From a bacterium (GTDB lineage Bacteria; Patescibacteriota; Dojkabacteria; SC72): a stretch of 64,000 bases of DNA. How positions within the stretch are numbered: the first letter of the stretch is position 1; the number at the start of each line of letters is the position of its first letter. Below are positions 38,914-48,265 of this stretch, piece by piece. The stretch is taken from positions 5,249 through 69,248 of the forward strand of contig JAIOSB010000021.1 in the NCBI GenBank assembly GCA_021107795.1, given 5' to 3'. The position numbers and the translations under genes were made by a program. Below the pieces are notes generated by a model, which worked only from the letters and a program-made list of their open reading frames with translations, was not told where the DNA came from and made no database searches.

Positions 38914-41004
38914 CTAATATTCAGTAACAATGTAATCCATTCCCTCTTTAAATCCAAGTGCAGTATCACACTTTGGACAGAACTCATGCTCACCTGCAAT
39001 ATATCCATGCTTAGGACATACACTGAAGGTGGGAGTTATAGAGAAATATGGCAATGTGTAATTTTCAGCCACTTTTTTTACAAAATCCCTTGTACTTTCA
39101 ATACTAGGCATCTTTTCGCCTAGGAATATGTGAAGAACAGTCCCCCCTGTATATTTGACTTGGAAATCATCTTGCAAGTCGAGAGCTTCCCATACATCAT
39201 CGGTATGTCCGACTGGAAGTTGAGAAGAGTTGGTGTAGTAGGGCTCTGTAGCCTTCATTACCCCAATATCTGCAGCTGTAATTATATCTCCATGCTTTCT
39301 CTTGTCAGCTTTTGCAAACCTGTAAGTAGTACTTTCACCCGGTGTAGCTTCAAGATTAAAAAGTTGATTGGTTTCGTTTTGGTAATCCATGAGTCGTTCT
39401 CTCATGTGATCCATAACGCTAAGACCAAAGCTATGTCCCTTCTTGGTAGTAATGTCGTCACCATCTTCGCCCATGAAGTTAACAATAGATTCGTTTAGTC
39501 CAAGTAGGCCGATTGTGCCAAAATGGTTCTTGAAATACTCGCCTTTAAATCGTTTAGCAACATCAGTAAGATAAAATTTAGAGTAAGGATACAGTCCCTT
39601 TGTCATATATTTTTCGACGAACTTTCTCTTAATCATTAAGCTTTCCTTGGCAATGTCCATCCAGTGATCCAGCATCTTAAAATATTCACTTTTACCCTTA
39701 GCAAGATACCCTATCCTTGCCATATTGATAGTGACAACACCAATACTGCCGGTTAGAGGATTTGCTCCAAACATACCACCACCTCTCTTTCTTAGTACTC
39801 TGTTGTCCAAGCGTAACCGACAGCACATAGATCTTGCATCATCTGGACTCATATCAGAATTAATGAAATTACTAAAGTAAGGAATACCATATTTAGCAGT
39901 CATCTCCCACAGTTTGTCATATTTAGGATTCTCCCACTCAAAATCTTTTGTAAGGTTGTATGTAGGGATTGGATAGGAGAAAAGTCTCCCCTGGGAGTCA
40001 CCTTCAAGCATTACTTCACAAAAAGCTTGGTTAAGCATATCCATTTCTTCTTGGAACTCTCCATATGTTTCCTTCTGTGGTTTGCCACCCACTATTACAG
40101 CCTGATTGGCAAGCATGCCGTGTGGTCTAAGATCCATGGTGATATTGGTAAAAGGTGTTTGACATCCAACTCTAGTAGGAATGTTCATGTTGAATAGGAA
40201 CTCTTGCATGGCTTGTCTTACCTCGTCATATGATAGGTTGTCATATCTAATAAAGGGGGCTAAATAAGTATCGAAACTAGAAAATGCCTGTGCCCCAGCG
40301 GCCTCGTGTTGGAGAGTGTAGAGATAATTCACTACTTGTCCTAAAGCAGTTCTTAAGTGCTTTGCAGGAGAACTTGCAATCTTACCGGGTACACCAGTAA
40401 ATCCTTTGATGAGTAAATCTTCTAGACTCCAACCACAACAATATGTAGCAAGCATGCCTAAATCATGAATGTGGATATCTGCGTTGATATGAGCAGTACC
40501 TATCTCCTTGGGATATATGCTGTGTAACCAGTAATTAGCTTGTACAGTAGAAGATATATGGAAGTTTAAGCCTTGCCAGGAATATGCCATATTACTGTTC
40601 TCCTTAATCCTCCAATCCTCCATATTGATATAGTTATGGATTAGGGTGTTTGCATCTACAAGAGAATTAATATTCTTAATCTGATTTCGGAGATCTAAGA
40701 ACAGGCCAAAGGATACGGAGGTCTTGCCATGCCCCATATCGAGCAAAACTTCCTGTACTGTCTCCGCAATATCAATGGTGGTAACAATATCTTTATCACT
40801 GGGCTTTTTAGAAAGTCTCTCAACTATCTCGCTAGTGATAACCCTGGCTCTTTCCCTGTCGTCCCCGCCTACACTCTCTGCAGCTTTAAATATCCCAGAC
40901 TCTATTCGCTCCCTATTGAAATCAACAATACGTCCATCTCTCTTTTTAACTTTGAATTTTACGATTACACTTTTAGGTGTTGTACTAGATTTTGAGTTAG
41001 GCAT
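38914..41004 (-). CDS. nrdD: anaerobic ribonucleoside-triphosphate reductase (class III), body lacking glycyl-radical C-terminus
   Basis: 696 aa; N-terminal ATP-cone, RSMCCRLRLD, C-terminal Zn-ribbon CPKHG...CPKC; ends at TAG (38914-16) before the glycyl radical motif. Confidence 0.9.
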   Translation of the reverse strand: MPNSKSSTTPKSVIVKFKVKKRDGRIVDFNRERIESGIFKAAESVGGDDRERARVITSEIVERLSKKPSDKDIVTTIDIAETVQEVLLDMGHGKTSVSFGLFLDLRNQIKNINSLVDANTLIHNYINMEDWRIKENSNMAYSWQGLNFHISSTVQANYWLHSIYPKEIGTAHINADIHIHDLGMLATYCCGWSLEDLLIKGFTGVPGKIASSPAKHLRTALGQVVNYLYTLQHEAAGAQAFSSFDTYLAPFIRYDNLSYDEVRQAMQEFLFNMNIPTRVGCQTPFTNITMDLRPHGMLANQAVIVGGKPQKETYGEFQEEMDMLNQAFCEVMLEGDSQGRLFSYPIPTYNLTKDFEWENPKYDKLWEMTAKYGIPYFSNFINSDMSPDDARSMCCRLRLDNRVLRKRGGGMFGANPLTGSIGVVTINMARIGYLAKGKSEYFKMLDHWMDIAKESLMIKRKFVEKYMTKGLYPYSKFYLTDVAKRFKGEYFKNHFGTIGLLGLNESIVNFMGEDGDDITTKKGHSFGLSVMDHMRERLMDYQNETNQLFNLEATPGESTTYRFAKADKRKHGDIITAADIGVMKATEPYYTNSSQLPVGHTDDVWEALDLQDDFQVKYTGGTVLHIFLGEKMPSIESTRDFVKKVAENYTLPYFSITPTFSVCPKHGYIAGEHEFCPKCDTALGFKEGMDYIVTEY

Positions 41005-41022
41005 GTAGGCAGTTATATAATT

Positions 41023-41466
41023 TTAATTAATATTTTCTAATTCTTTCTTAAAATCACTTATTGATTCGAAATTCCGGTATACAGAAGCAAATCGCATATA
41101 GGCTAGGGGGTCTTTTGTCTTTAACCAAGTTAATATCAGGTTGCCAATTTGTGTAGATGTAAGTGGTTTAGGGCTCACTGTTACTTGACGTTCTACATCT
41201 TCACAAAACCCATCGATGTCAGAAGTTGGTATTCTTTCGCTATCAACTGCCTTAAGAATCCCCTTCTTGAGCTTCTCTATATCGAAATTTTCTAAAGAGC
41301 CGTCTCGTTTCTCAATACTTATATCAACCTTTTCAATCCTTTCGTATGTTGTATATCTTCTACCACATCTTAGACACTGTCGTCTTCTTCTAGTAGTGCC
41401 TTCTTCGTTGTTGTCTCTTTTGTCTACTACCTTAGAAGTAGCACATCCGCAATATGGACATTTCAT
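41023..41466 (-). CDS. nrdR: transcriptional repressor NrdR
   Basis: MKCPYCG...Zn ribbon CLRCGRR plus ATP-cone. Confidence 0.9.
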   Translation of the reverse strand: MKCPYCGCATSKVVDKRDNNEEGTTRRRRQCLRCGRRYTTYERIEKVDISIEKRDGSLENFDIEKLKKGILKAVDSERIPTSDIDGFCEDVERQVTVSPKPLTSTQIGNLILTWLKTKDPLAYMRFASVYRNFESISDFKKELENIN

Positions 41467-41470
41467 AATA

Positions 41471-41520
41471 TATACAATGGGTTGTGTATTGTGTTCTCAT
41501 TATATACAACAGGTTGTATA
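41471..41520. promoter_or_regulatory. two tandem palindromic NrdR-box-like sites upstream of nrdR-nrdD-nrdG
   Basis: TATACAATGGGTTGTGTAT (41471-89) and TATACAAC-AG-GTTGTATA (41503-20, perfect 8-2-8 inverted repeat), centres 32 bp apart. Confidence 0.5.
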
Positions 41521-41693
41521 ACGCAAGTGTCTTGTAGTTCTCGTAACACGAAGTGCTTTTACATCAATCTTTTGAAAATATAAGATTGAACTACAGGCTT
41601 GTATATGATTGTAGATAAAGAATATAGGGTATAAGTATTGCAATTGATGAGTTTCTTTGCTTAAATAATGAATAAGTTGTAAATATAAAAATA

Positions 41694-42182
41694 ATGGTAA
41701 TTCCTCTCAAAGACTTTCCCAAACTTAAGGCAGAGAAACTGCAAGGGAAAACAATTGTAGCTACTAGTGGCTTTTTTGATCCTCTACATCCTGGTCATGC
41801 TTCAATAATTGTAGAATCAAAGAAATTTGGAGATATACTTGTTGTTGTTCTAGATGGAGATACAAGAGCTATTACAAAAAATGGGAAGCCTTTCATGCCT
41901 GCTATAGATAGAGCAAAAGTTCTTGATACAATAAAAGGTGTGGACTATGTTGTGATTCATGAACACCCAACAGCAACTAACTGTGTTGAAGCTATTAAAA
42001 TAATAAAACCCGATGTGTTTACTAAGGGTGGAGATAGGGATGGATCAAAGGTTGTTCCAGAGTTTGAAGTAGTTGAAAGAAATGGTGGTAGAGTAGAATT
42101 TAATGTTGGAGATCCAAAAATGTGGTCTAGTTCTAATTATCTTCAGGAATGGGTAGATTTTGTTAATTCAAAAAAAACTTAA
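41694..42182 (+). CDS. cytidylyltransferase-fold protein, RfaE domain II / HldC-like (heptose-1-phosphate adenylyltransferase-like)
   Basis: ATSGFFDPLHPGHASIIVESKKFGDILVVVLDGD (HxGH) and ...KGGD end match RfaE-II. Confidence 0.55.
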   Translation: MVIPLKDFPKLKAEKLQGKTIVATSGFFDPLHPGHASIIVESKKFGDILVVVLDGDTRAITKNGKPFMPAIDRAKVLDTIKGVDYVVIHEHPTATNCVEAIKIIKPDVFTKGGDRDGSKVVPEFEVVERNGGRVEFNVGDPKMWSSSNYLQEWVDFVNSKKT

Positions 42183-43096
42183 CTTCTACTTTTTAAATAC
42201 TGATAAATATCATTACTAGCTATTGCTCCCTCTGAAGTTGCAGTTACTACCTGTCTAAACCCGTTAGAATTGGTTGTACAGTCCCCTGCTGCCCATATCC
42301 CATCTATATTAGTCCTCTGCGCTTGGTTTACTATTAGATATCCTTTATCATCTGTTTCTATTCCCATCTTTAGTGGAAGATCATCGTTTGGTTCACTCCC
42401 TATTTCGATAAATAGTCCATCGGTATTTAATATATTACTACCTTTGTACTCCCTACTTAGCTTAATGGATGATAGTTTCTCATCTCCTTCTAATCCTACA
42501 ACTACAGTTTCCAATATTACATGAATGTTCTCCTTGTTCTCTGCCTGTTTTTTCCATACAGGATCTCCCTTAAGCTCTGTACCTCTGTATATAATGTAAA
42601 CTTCCTTAGCTATATCGCTAAGCATCATAGCAGCCATTGTAGCGGCACTACTTCCTCCAATTACACAAACAATCTTGTCTTTGTAAAAGTTTCCATCGCA
42701 TGTGGCACAGTAGGAGAGCCCTTTTCCTAAATATTTGTCTTCATTAGGAATTGTGAGTTTGGATCTCTCAGTTCCAGTAGTAAGTAATACGGTTTTAGCT
42801 TTATAGCTATTCCCACGATTATTAGTTAGTAAAAAAGTGTCACCATGCTTTTCCACATTAGCAATACTCTCAAACCTTATCTCACATCCATTTGTTTGTG
42901 CATGTTCAGACATCTGAGTACTTAAATCTATACCTGTAATATCTTTTATCCCTGGGTAATTGCATACCTTGTGAGCTTCAGACATAGTTCCACCCATCAT
43001 TTTCCCAAATATTATGGTTTTGAGTTGGTATCTACTTGAATATATTCCAGCACTATATCCAGCTGGTCCACTTCCTATTATCGCGACATCATACAT
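42179..43096 (-). CDS. trxB: thioredoxin reductase
   Basis: AIIGSGPAGYSAGIY FAD motif, redox-active CATCDG, GGGSSAATMA NADPH motif. Confidence 0.85.
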   Translation of the reverse strand: MYDVAIIGSGPAGYSAGIYSSRYQLKTIIFGKMMGGTMSEAHKVCNYPGIKDITGIDLSTQMSEHAQTNGCEIRFESIANVEKHGDTFLLTNNRGNSYKAKTVLLTTGTERSKLTIPNEDKYLGKGLSYCATCDGNFYKDKIVCVIGGSSAATMAAMMLSDIAKEVYIIYRGTELKGDPVWKKQAENKENIHVILETVVVGLEGDEKLSSIKLSREYKGSNILNTDGLFIEIGSEPNDDLPLKMGIETDDKGYLIVNQAQRTNIDGIWAAGDCTTNSNGFRQVVTATSEGAIASNDIYQYLKSRS

Positions 43097-43114
43097 ATTT
43101 TTATTCTTAATATA

Positions 43115-43858
43115 TTAAAAACTGTCTGTAAGTTTAACAAAACCATCTTTCCTCACTATCCCCATATACTCATACATGCTACCGTTAGATCCATCAGAAG
43201 AGAGAATATCCCATCCATTTGTAGAGACGTAGGTACCAAGATTAGTAACTACCTGACATTCTACACATATTACCATACCATCTTTCAGAAGTTCTCCCGT
43301 ATTAGGTTCACCAAAAGAAAGGATCTCAGGTTCTTCATGGAGTGTTTTGCCAATACCATGAGCAGCACATTCTTCTAGAGTGGTATATCCATATTTAATA
43401 GCAGTAGAGCGTAGAGCATGGGAGATATCACCTACCTTGTTGCCAGCAATGGCTTGTTCACAACCATTTTCTGTAGCTTCTCTACCAACTTTCATCAAAT
43501 TTTTATCTTCATCAGATATCTTACCTACACCCCATGTCCAGCAGTGATCTGTACAAAAGCCTTTGTAAACAATACCCGTATCAATTTTAACTAAATCTCC
43601 TTCTTTAAAAGGGGTCTCATTTGGAATACCGTGTAGTATACAATCGTTAACTGATATACATGTAGCATAGTCATATCCGGGTACTGTCATAAAGGAGGGT
43701 TTGACTTTGTATTCCCTACACATATCTTGTGCTAATTTCTCCAAATCGAGTGGTGTGATTCCAATATCAATATTTTCTCCCAGAGTGCGTAAAATATCAG
43801 AAGATACCCCCCCTGCTTCTCTTAGTATTCTTTCTTGTTTAGCATTCTTGATTATCAT
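43115..43858 (-). CDS. map: methionine aminopeptidase type I
   Basis: 247 aa; pita-bread fold with conserved D/D/H/E/E metal ligands context. Confidence 0.9.
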   Translation of the reverse strand: MIIKNAKQERILREAGGVSSDILRTLGENIDIGITPLDLEKLAQDMCREYKVKPSFMTVPGYDYATCISVNDCILHGIPNETPFKEGDLVKIDTGIVYKGFCTDHCWTWGVGKISDEDKNLMKVGREATENGCEQAIAGNKVGDISHALRSTAIKYGYTTLEECAAHGIGKTLHEEPEILSFGEPNTGELLKDGMVICVECQVVTNLGTYVSTNGWDILSSDGSNGSMYEYMGIVRKDGFVKLTDSF

Positions 43859-44216
43859 TTTTCTTTTGTATTGTCCAAGTTATCACAGGATCAACGTCGT
43901 CTAGATTAGCATCAGGGAGAAACGAAGTCTCTTTAATGGAGATGTCAGAATGAGAAGTGTTGTACTTCTCAAATATGAACACACCTCCCAGTGTGGGAGA
44001 TTTGGTTGATTCCCCAACTTGCTGCTGTATTGTGATATCGAGTGCACTCAGTGTGGTTTTAAAGATTTCTTCTGAAGAGCAAGAAAGAGAAAGGCCTATT
44101 TGTAATAGAGAAGACCTTAAAACTTCTTTCATCTTTTCTTGTTCTTGTTGTTCTTGCTTCTTTTGTTCTTGGTTCAAAAAATCTGGGAAACTAGTATGTA
44201 GGTCATTATTTACCAT
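43839..44216 (-). CDS. hypothetical protein
   Basis: 125 aa ORF, QE-rich N-terminus; overlaps map start by 20 nt; no domain recognised. Confidence 0.25.
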   Translation of the reverse strand: MVNNDLHTSFPDFLNQEQKKQEQQEQEKMKEVLRSSLLQIGLSLSCSSEEIFKTTLSALDITIQQQVGESTKSPTLGGVFIFEKYNTSHSDISIKETSFLPDANLDDVDPVITWTIQKKNDNQEC

Positions 44217-44259
44217 GAATATATATATGAATAATATTAACTATGTATTATATCACTAT

Positions 44260-45417
44260 TTAATCTCCTACTATATACAACTCCTCACTAGCTCTTGTAA
44301 CTGCAGTATACAGCCACCTTCTCCACATATCATCATCCATATGGCGAAATCTCTCTTCAAATACTACAACCCTTTTTGCTTGACTACCTTGGGCCTTATG
44401 TACAGTCAAAGCATAACCAAAATCAAAAAGATTTACACCCTCTGGGACCTCAAACAAAGTCTTATCTATATTAAACTGTTTCTTAGAGATCTTTCCTAAA
44501 AAAGAATATTTCTCTTCGTCTAGATCAATCTCTACATCATAATATTGCTTTCCATCATCAGAAATATCTAGCAATGTACCTGTCATCCCATTAAAAATCT
44601 CTTCCTGATGATTGTTCTTAAGACAAATTACTCTATCTCCTAAACTAGGTTCTGGAGACTCAAAACCAAGTAATTGTCTAATACCTTTATTAAGTTTCAC
44701 TCTTGAATTATTATAACCAACTAAGACCATAGAGTCACTATCATATCTCTCAAACAAATCTTGTACAAATTCTCCAGTATCAATCTCCCTCTTATCCAGC
44801 TTCTTTACACTACTTGAGAACTCTTGAATGGGGATTACACCATACTTCCTAGCAATCTGAGAAACTATGATAATGGGGTTGTTGGCCTCCTGCCTATAGA
44901 TCTCCTCTAATCGAAGCTGAGGTTGTTCCATCAAATTAAACCTACCCTCAATTGGTGGTAGCTGACCATGATCTCCAACTGCAAGTATCGGCTTACCGAA
45001 TGAAAGAAGATCGTCCCATATCCGTTGTGTAATCATACTTGCCTCATCGACAATAATCATATCGTAAGGAAAATCCTCCGAGGATAATCTCTCCCAACCA
45101 ACAATTTCTCCATCGTCATCCAATATTGGCCGATATATGAGACGATGAATGGTACCAATGTAATCATTCGTATAGAGAGATTTAGTATCTTTAAGTTTTC
45201 TCTGAAGAACTCTAGCGGCTTTCCCAGTATAACTACAGAAAGCAATCTTAAGTTTTTTCTCTTTCTTCCTCAATATATTAGAAAGATATCCCATGAGAGT
45301 AGTTTTACCAGTACCTGCATAACCACCAAGAGTGATATATTGCGTATTAGGCTCCTTCTTCCATTCAAGAAGGGTATTTAATATATCGGTTTGTTTTTCA
45401 GAAAGTTCAAGATTCAT
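44260..45417 (-). CDS. RecD/Dda-like SF1 DNA helicase
   Basis: GGYAGTGKTT Walker A, VDEASMI, GDHGQLPPI, TVHKAQGSQ. Confidence 0.75.
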   Translation of the reverse strand: MNLELSEKQTDILNTLLEWKKEPNTQYITLGGYAGTGKTTLMGYLSNILRKKEKKLKIAFCSYTGKAARVLQRKLKDTKSLYTNDYIGTIHRLIYRPILDDDGEIVGWERLSSEDFPYDMIIVDEASMITQRIWDDLLSFGKPILAVGDHGQLPPIEGRFNLMEQPQLRLEEIYRQEANNPIIIVSQIARKYGVIPIQEFSSSVKKLDKREIDTGEFVQDLFERYDSDSMVLVGYNNSRVKLNKGIRQLLGFESPEPSLGDRVICLKNNHQEEIFNGMTGTLLDISDDGKQYYDVEIDLDEEKYSFLGKISKKQFNIDKTLFEVPEGVNLFDFGYALTVHKAQGSQAKRVVVFEERFRHMDDDMWRRWLYTAVTRASEELYIVGD

Positions 45418-45446
45418 GAGATATATGATAGTATATATTTCAAAAT

Positions 45447-46892
45447 ATGAAAAACATATTCAAAAAAACGATAATACTAACACTCTTCTTATCCATTCTT
45501 CTTCCTCTAACTTCTAATATCCATGCACAAGAGAGCAAATCTCAACTCCATATAGCGACATACTTTACTGGAATAGGGTGTCCTCACTGTTCATCTGCCT
45601 CTCCATACATTAAGGAAATACTTGATGAGGATGAGAACTTTATGCTTGTTGAGTATGAAGTCTATGAGGAGATAAGGAATGCTGCTTTAATTGAAGATTA
45701 CAATGATGAGTATAATATTGGGAGAGGTATTCCAGTACTCTTTTTTGATAAAGACACCAAACTCGTAGGAGGTTCTGAAATTAAAAACAATCTTAAGTTA
45801 AATCTTTCTACCAATACTAATATCAACACAATTCATCTATCCGATGGAGTGGTGGGATTGAAACAACTTAACATTAACAATCTCAAAGGATACCCAAAGA
45901 TATACAGGAAGGACAGGGTGGCGATGAGAGAGAGTATAACTACTTTGACACAAGATCAGAATGATCAAATAGTATCATTTTTAACCGACGATTTGGCAAA
46001 TTGGACAAAAGAGATTTGGGAAGGCGAACTAGTAACACCACAAGTTGTAAAATATCCCGGAGGTAGTAGTACATATCATCACGCACTCAAATTTAACGGT
46101 TGGGTACTCCAATGGAATGGAGAAATAATCCAAGCCAAAGCAGAGGTAACTGATGACTCAGAATTTTGTGACGAGGAAAAGGTTGTAGTTTGTGAAGAGC
46201 CAATATCTCTTGCAAAAATATTAGGGTTAGCTCTGGCAGACTCCATTAATCCATGTGCAATCTCAGTACTTCTTCTGATGCTTCTCGCTATCACAACGTA
46301 TAATCCCAAAGATAGGAAACAGATTCTACTTTCTGGACTAGCATTTGTACTTGCAGTAATTGTAATGTACATGTTCTACGGCTTTCTCATTATCAAAGCT
46401 TTCCAGTTCTTACAATCCCTATCCGTCTTTAAAGAGTTTCTCTACAAAGGCTTGGCAATAATAGCGTTAATACTAGGGACACTTGAGTTAAAAGACTACT
46501 TTAAATACAAACCAGGAACTGCCGGGACAGAAATGCCGATATCTTTAAGACCCAAAATGCAGAAATTTGTAAGTAAGATAACCTCTCCATTTGGGGCATT
46601 CAGTATGGGACTCTTTGTAACACTCTTCCTACTTCCATGCACTATTGGTCCATATGTGATACTTGGAGGCATGCTTTCAACCTTAGACTTCCTTAAATCA
46701 GTTCCATACCTACTAACTTACAATATAATATTTGTACTACCTATGATTCTAATTACATTTTTAATATTTTGGGGCACAAAGGATATCAAAGATGTAACTG
46801 ATTGGAGAAACACAAATGTAAGACGTATGCACCTAATATCAGGCATACTAATGATAGCATTAGGAATTATTATGTTCTTTGGACTGCTTTAG
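45447..46892 (+). CDS. thiol:disulfide interchange membrane protein: N-terminal thioredoxin-like domain fused to DsbD/CcdA-type transmembrane domain
   Basis: Signal peptide; GIGCPHC; TM core with DSINPC and LLPC cysteines typical of CcdA/DsbD. Confidence 0.55.
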   Translation: MKNIFKKTIILTLFLSILLPLTSNIHAQESKSQLHIATYFTGIGCPHCSSASPYIKEILDEDENFMLVEYEVYEEIRNAALIEDYNDEYNIGRGIPVLFFDKDTKLVGGSEIKNNLKLNLSTNTNINTIHLSDGVVGLKQLNINNLKGYPKIYRKDRVAMRESITTLTQDQNDQIVSFLTDDLANWTKEIWEGELVTPQVVKYPGGSSTYHHALKFNGWVLQWNGEIIQAKAEVTDDSEFCDEEKVVVCEEPISLAKILGLALADSINPCAISVLLLMLLAITTYNPKDRKQILLSGLAFVLAVIVMYMFYGFLIIKAFQFLQSLSVFKEFLYKGLAIIALILGTLELKDYFKYKPGTAGTEMPISLRPKMQKFVSKITSPFGAFSMGLFVTLFLLPCTIGPYVILGGMLSTLDFLKSVPYLLTYNIIFVLPMILITFLIFWGTKDIKDVTDWRNTNVRRMHLISGILMIALGIIMFFGLL

Positions 46893-47398
46893 TTAATACC
46901 AAGTAGCTCCACTTCAAATATCAGGCCAGCATTCCCGGGGATACTACCTGCACCATACTCGCCGTAAGCCATTGAAGAAGGTATCTCCAACATTCTCTTT
47001 TCTCCAACCTTCATACCTACTACTCCTTTATCCCAACCCGTGATTACTTGACCAATTCCAACTACAAAAGAGAACGGTTCACCCCTATCATATGAACTGT
47101 CGAATTTCGAGCCATCTCTAAGCGTACCAAGGTAATGTACTGAGACATCATCTCCTGACACACACTCAACACCATTCCCCTCAGTAATGGTTTCAATCTT
47201 TAATTCATCAAAATCAATATTATCCATAACTTCTTCTCCTTGTACATTATCTAAATTTAAATCTGAATCACCCATATCAACTGAATTTAAGTCAGGCATC
47301 TGAGACCCTTTAGAAAATATCAGAAGTACTGCTACAATTGCAATAGCGAATACAGGGATCATTAAGAATAGGAACTTGCTGCCTTGTGGAACTTCCAT
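46889..47398 (-). CDS. membrane-anchored FKBP-type peptidyl-prolyl cis-trans isomerase
   Basis: GDDVSVHYLGTLRDGSKFDSSYDRGEPFSFVVGIGQVITGWDKGVVGMKVGEKR...LIFEVELL. Confidence 0.8.
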   Translation of the reverse strand: MEVPQGSKFLFLMIPVFAIAIVAVLLIFSKGSQMPDLNSVDMGDSDLNLDNVQGEEVMDNIDFDELKIETITEGNGVECVSGDDVSVHYLGTLRDGSKFDSSYDRGEPFSFVVGIGQVITGWDKGVVGMKVGEKRMLEIPSSMAYGEYGAGSIPGNAGLIFEVELLGIN

Positions 47399-47482
47399 AA
47401 TAATTAGAGTGACATTTTAAATGATATTAATAATTATGCCATACATGATACAATATTGATATAATTTCTTTGATTTCTAATT

Positions 47483-48265
47483 ATGAAAAAACAATTTCTT
47501 TACTACGATACCGAAACAACTGATGTGCAGTCTAAGGATCTTATGCAATTAGCATTTCTAACAGACAATCCTAAAATCCAGATGAATATCTTCATTAAAC
47601 CAAAACAAAAGATCTCCTTTGGCGCTATGTCAATTCACCATATTACACCAGAGATGATTGTAGACAAGCAATACTTTGAAAACACAGCGCTGCCATCGGA
47701 AAATATTGATCCAGAGTACAAAGGAGACAATTTGGTAGAATATCTTAAGTTTCTAGCTGAGAAATATGTTTGGATTGCTCATAACTCAGCTTTTGATAAT
47801 GAGGTAATGCAAAAACAAGGCATTGAGATTCCAAGAAGTATTTGTACACTTAAAGTTGCTAGGAATGCTTTAGCAGAAGGGAACTCTGATTTGGAAAGCT
47901 ATAGACTACAATTTTTAAGATACTACCTTGGGCTATATAAAACAGAAAATAAAAAGCATACGACAGTACATGATGCCCTAAGTGATGTGTATTTCCTTAA
48001 AGATCTCTTCAACCACCTTTTAGAAAACACAAAACTTTCTGCCGAACAAATGATTCTCATCTCTAAGCAACCACAAGTGATGAGAACTATACGATTTGGT
48101 AAATATGCAGGAAAGTCATTGGAAGAAGTTGTGCAGATAGATAGGGAATACCTCATATGGGTTTCAGAGAAGATGATGGATAATGATGATCTAAGATGGA
48201 ACGCTAAACGTGTATTAGATATGGGAACACACTCTACTTCTTCTGGGAATCTAACCTGGATTTAA
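47483..48265 (+). CDS. DnaQ-like 3'-5' exonuclease (DEDDh) with DUF3820-like C-terminal domain
   Basis: YYDTETTD, IAHNSAFDNEVM, HDALSDV; C-terminal FGKYAGKSLEEV...YLIWV. Confidence 0.6.
   Translation: MKKQFLYYDTETTDVQSKDLMQLAFLTDNPKIQMNIFIKPKQKISFGAMSIHHITPEMIVDKQYFENTALPSENIDPEYKGDNLVEYLKFLAEKYVWIAHNSAFDNEVMQKQGIEIPRSICTLKVARNALAEGNSDLESYRLQFLRYYLGLYKTENKKHTTVHDALSDVYFLKDLFNHLLENTKLSAEQMILISKQPQVMRTIRFGKYAGKSLEEVVQIDREYLIWVSEKMMDNDDLRWNAKRVLDMGTHSTSSGNLTWI

Noticed and set aside
38914-38916. TAG reassigned as a sense codon (alternative genetic code) to explain the nrdD amber
   Set aside because: TAG terminates rplS (reading through would run into the tRNA) and the small peptide gene. Long ORFs close with TGA/TAA/TAG under code 11. 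Global reassignment is therefore unlikely; a local error, readthrough or split gene remain.
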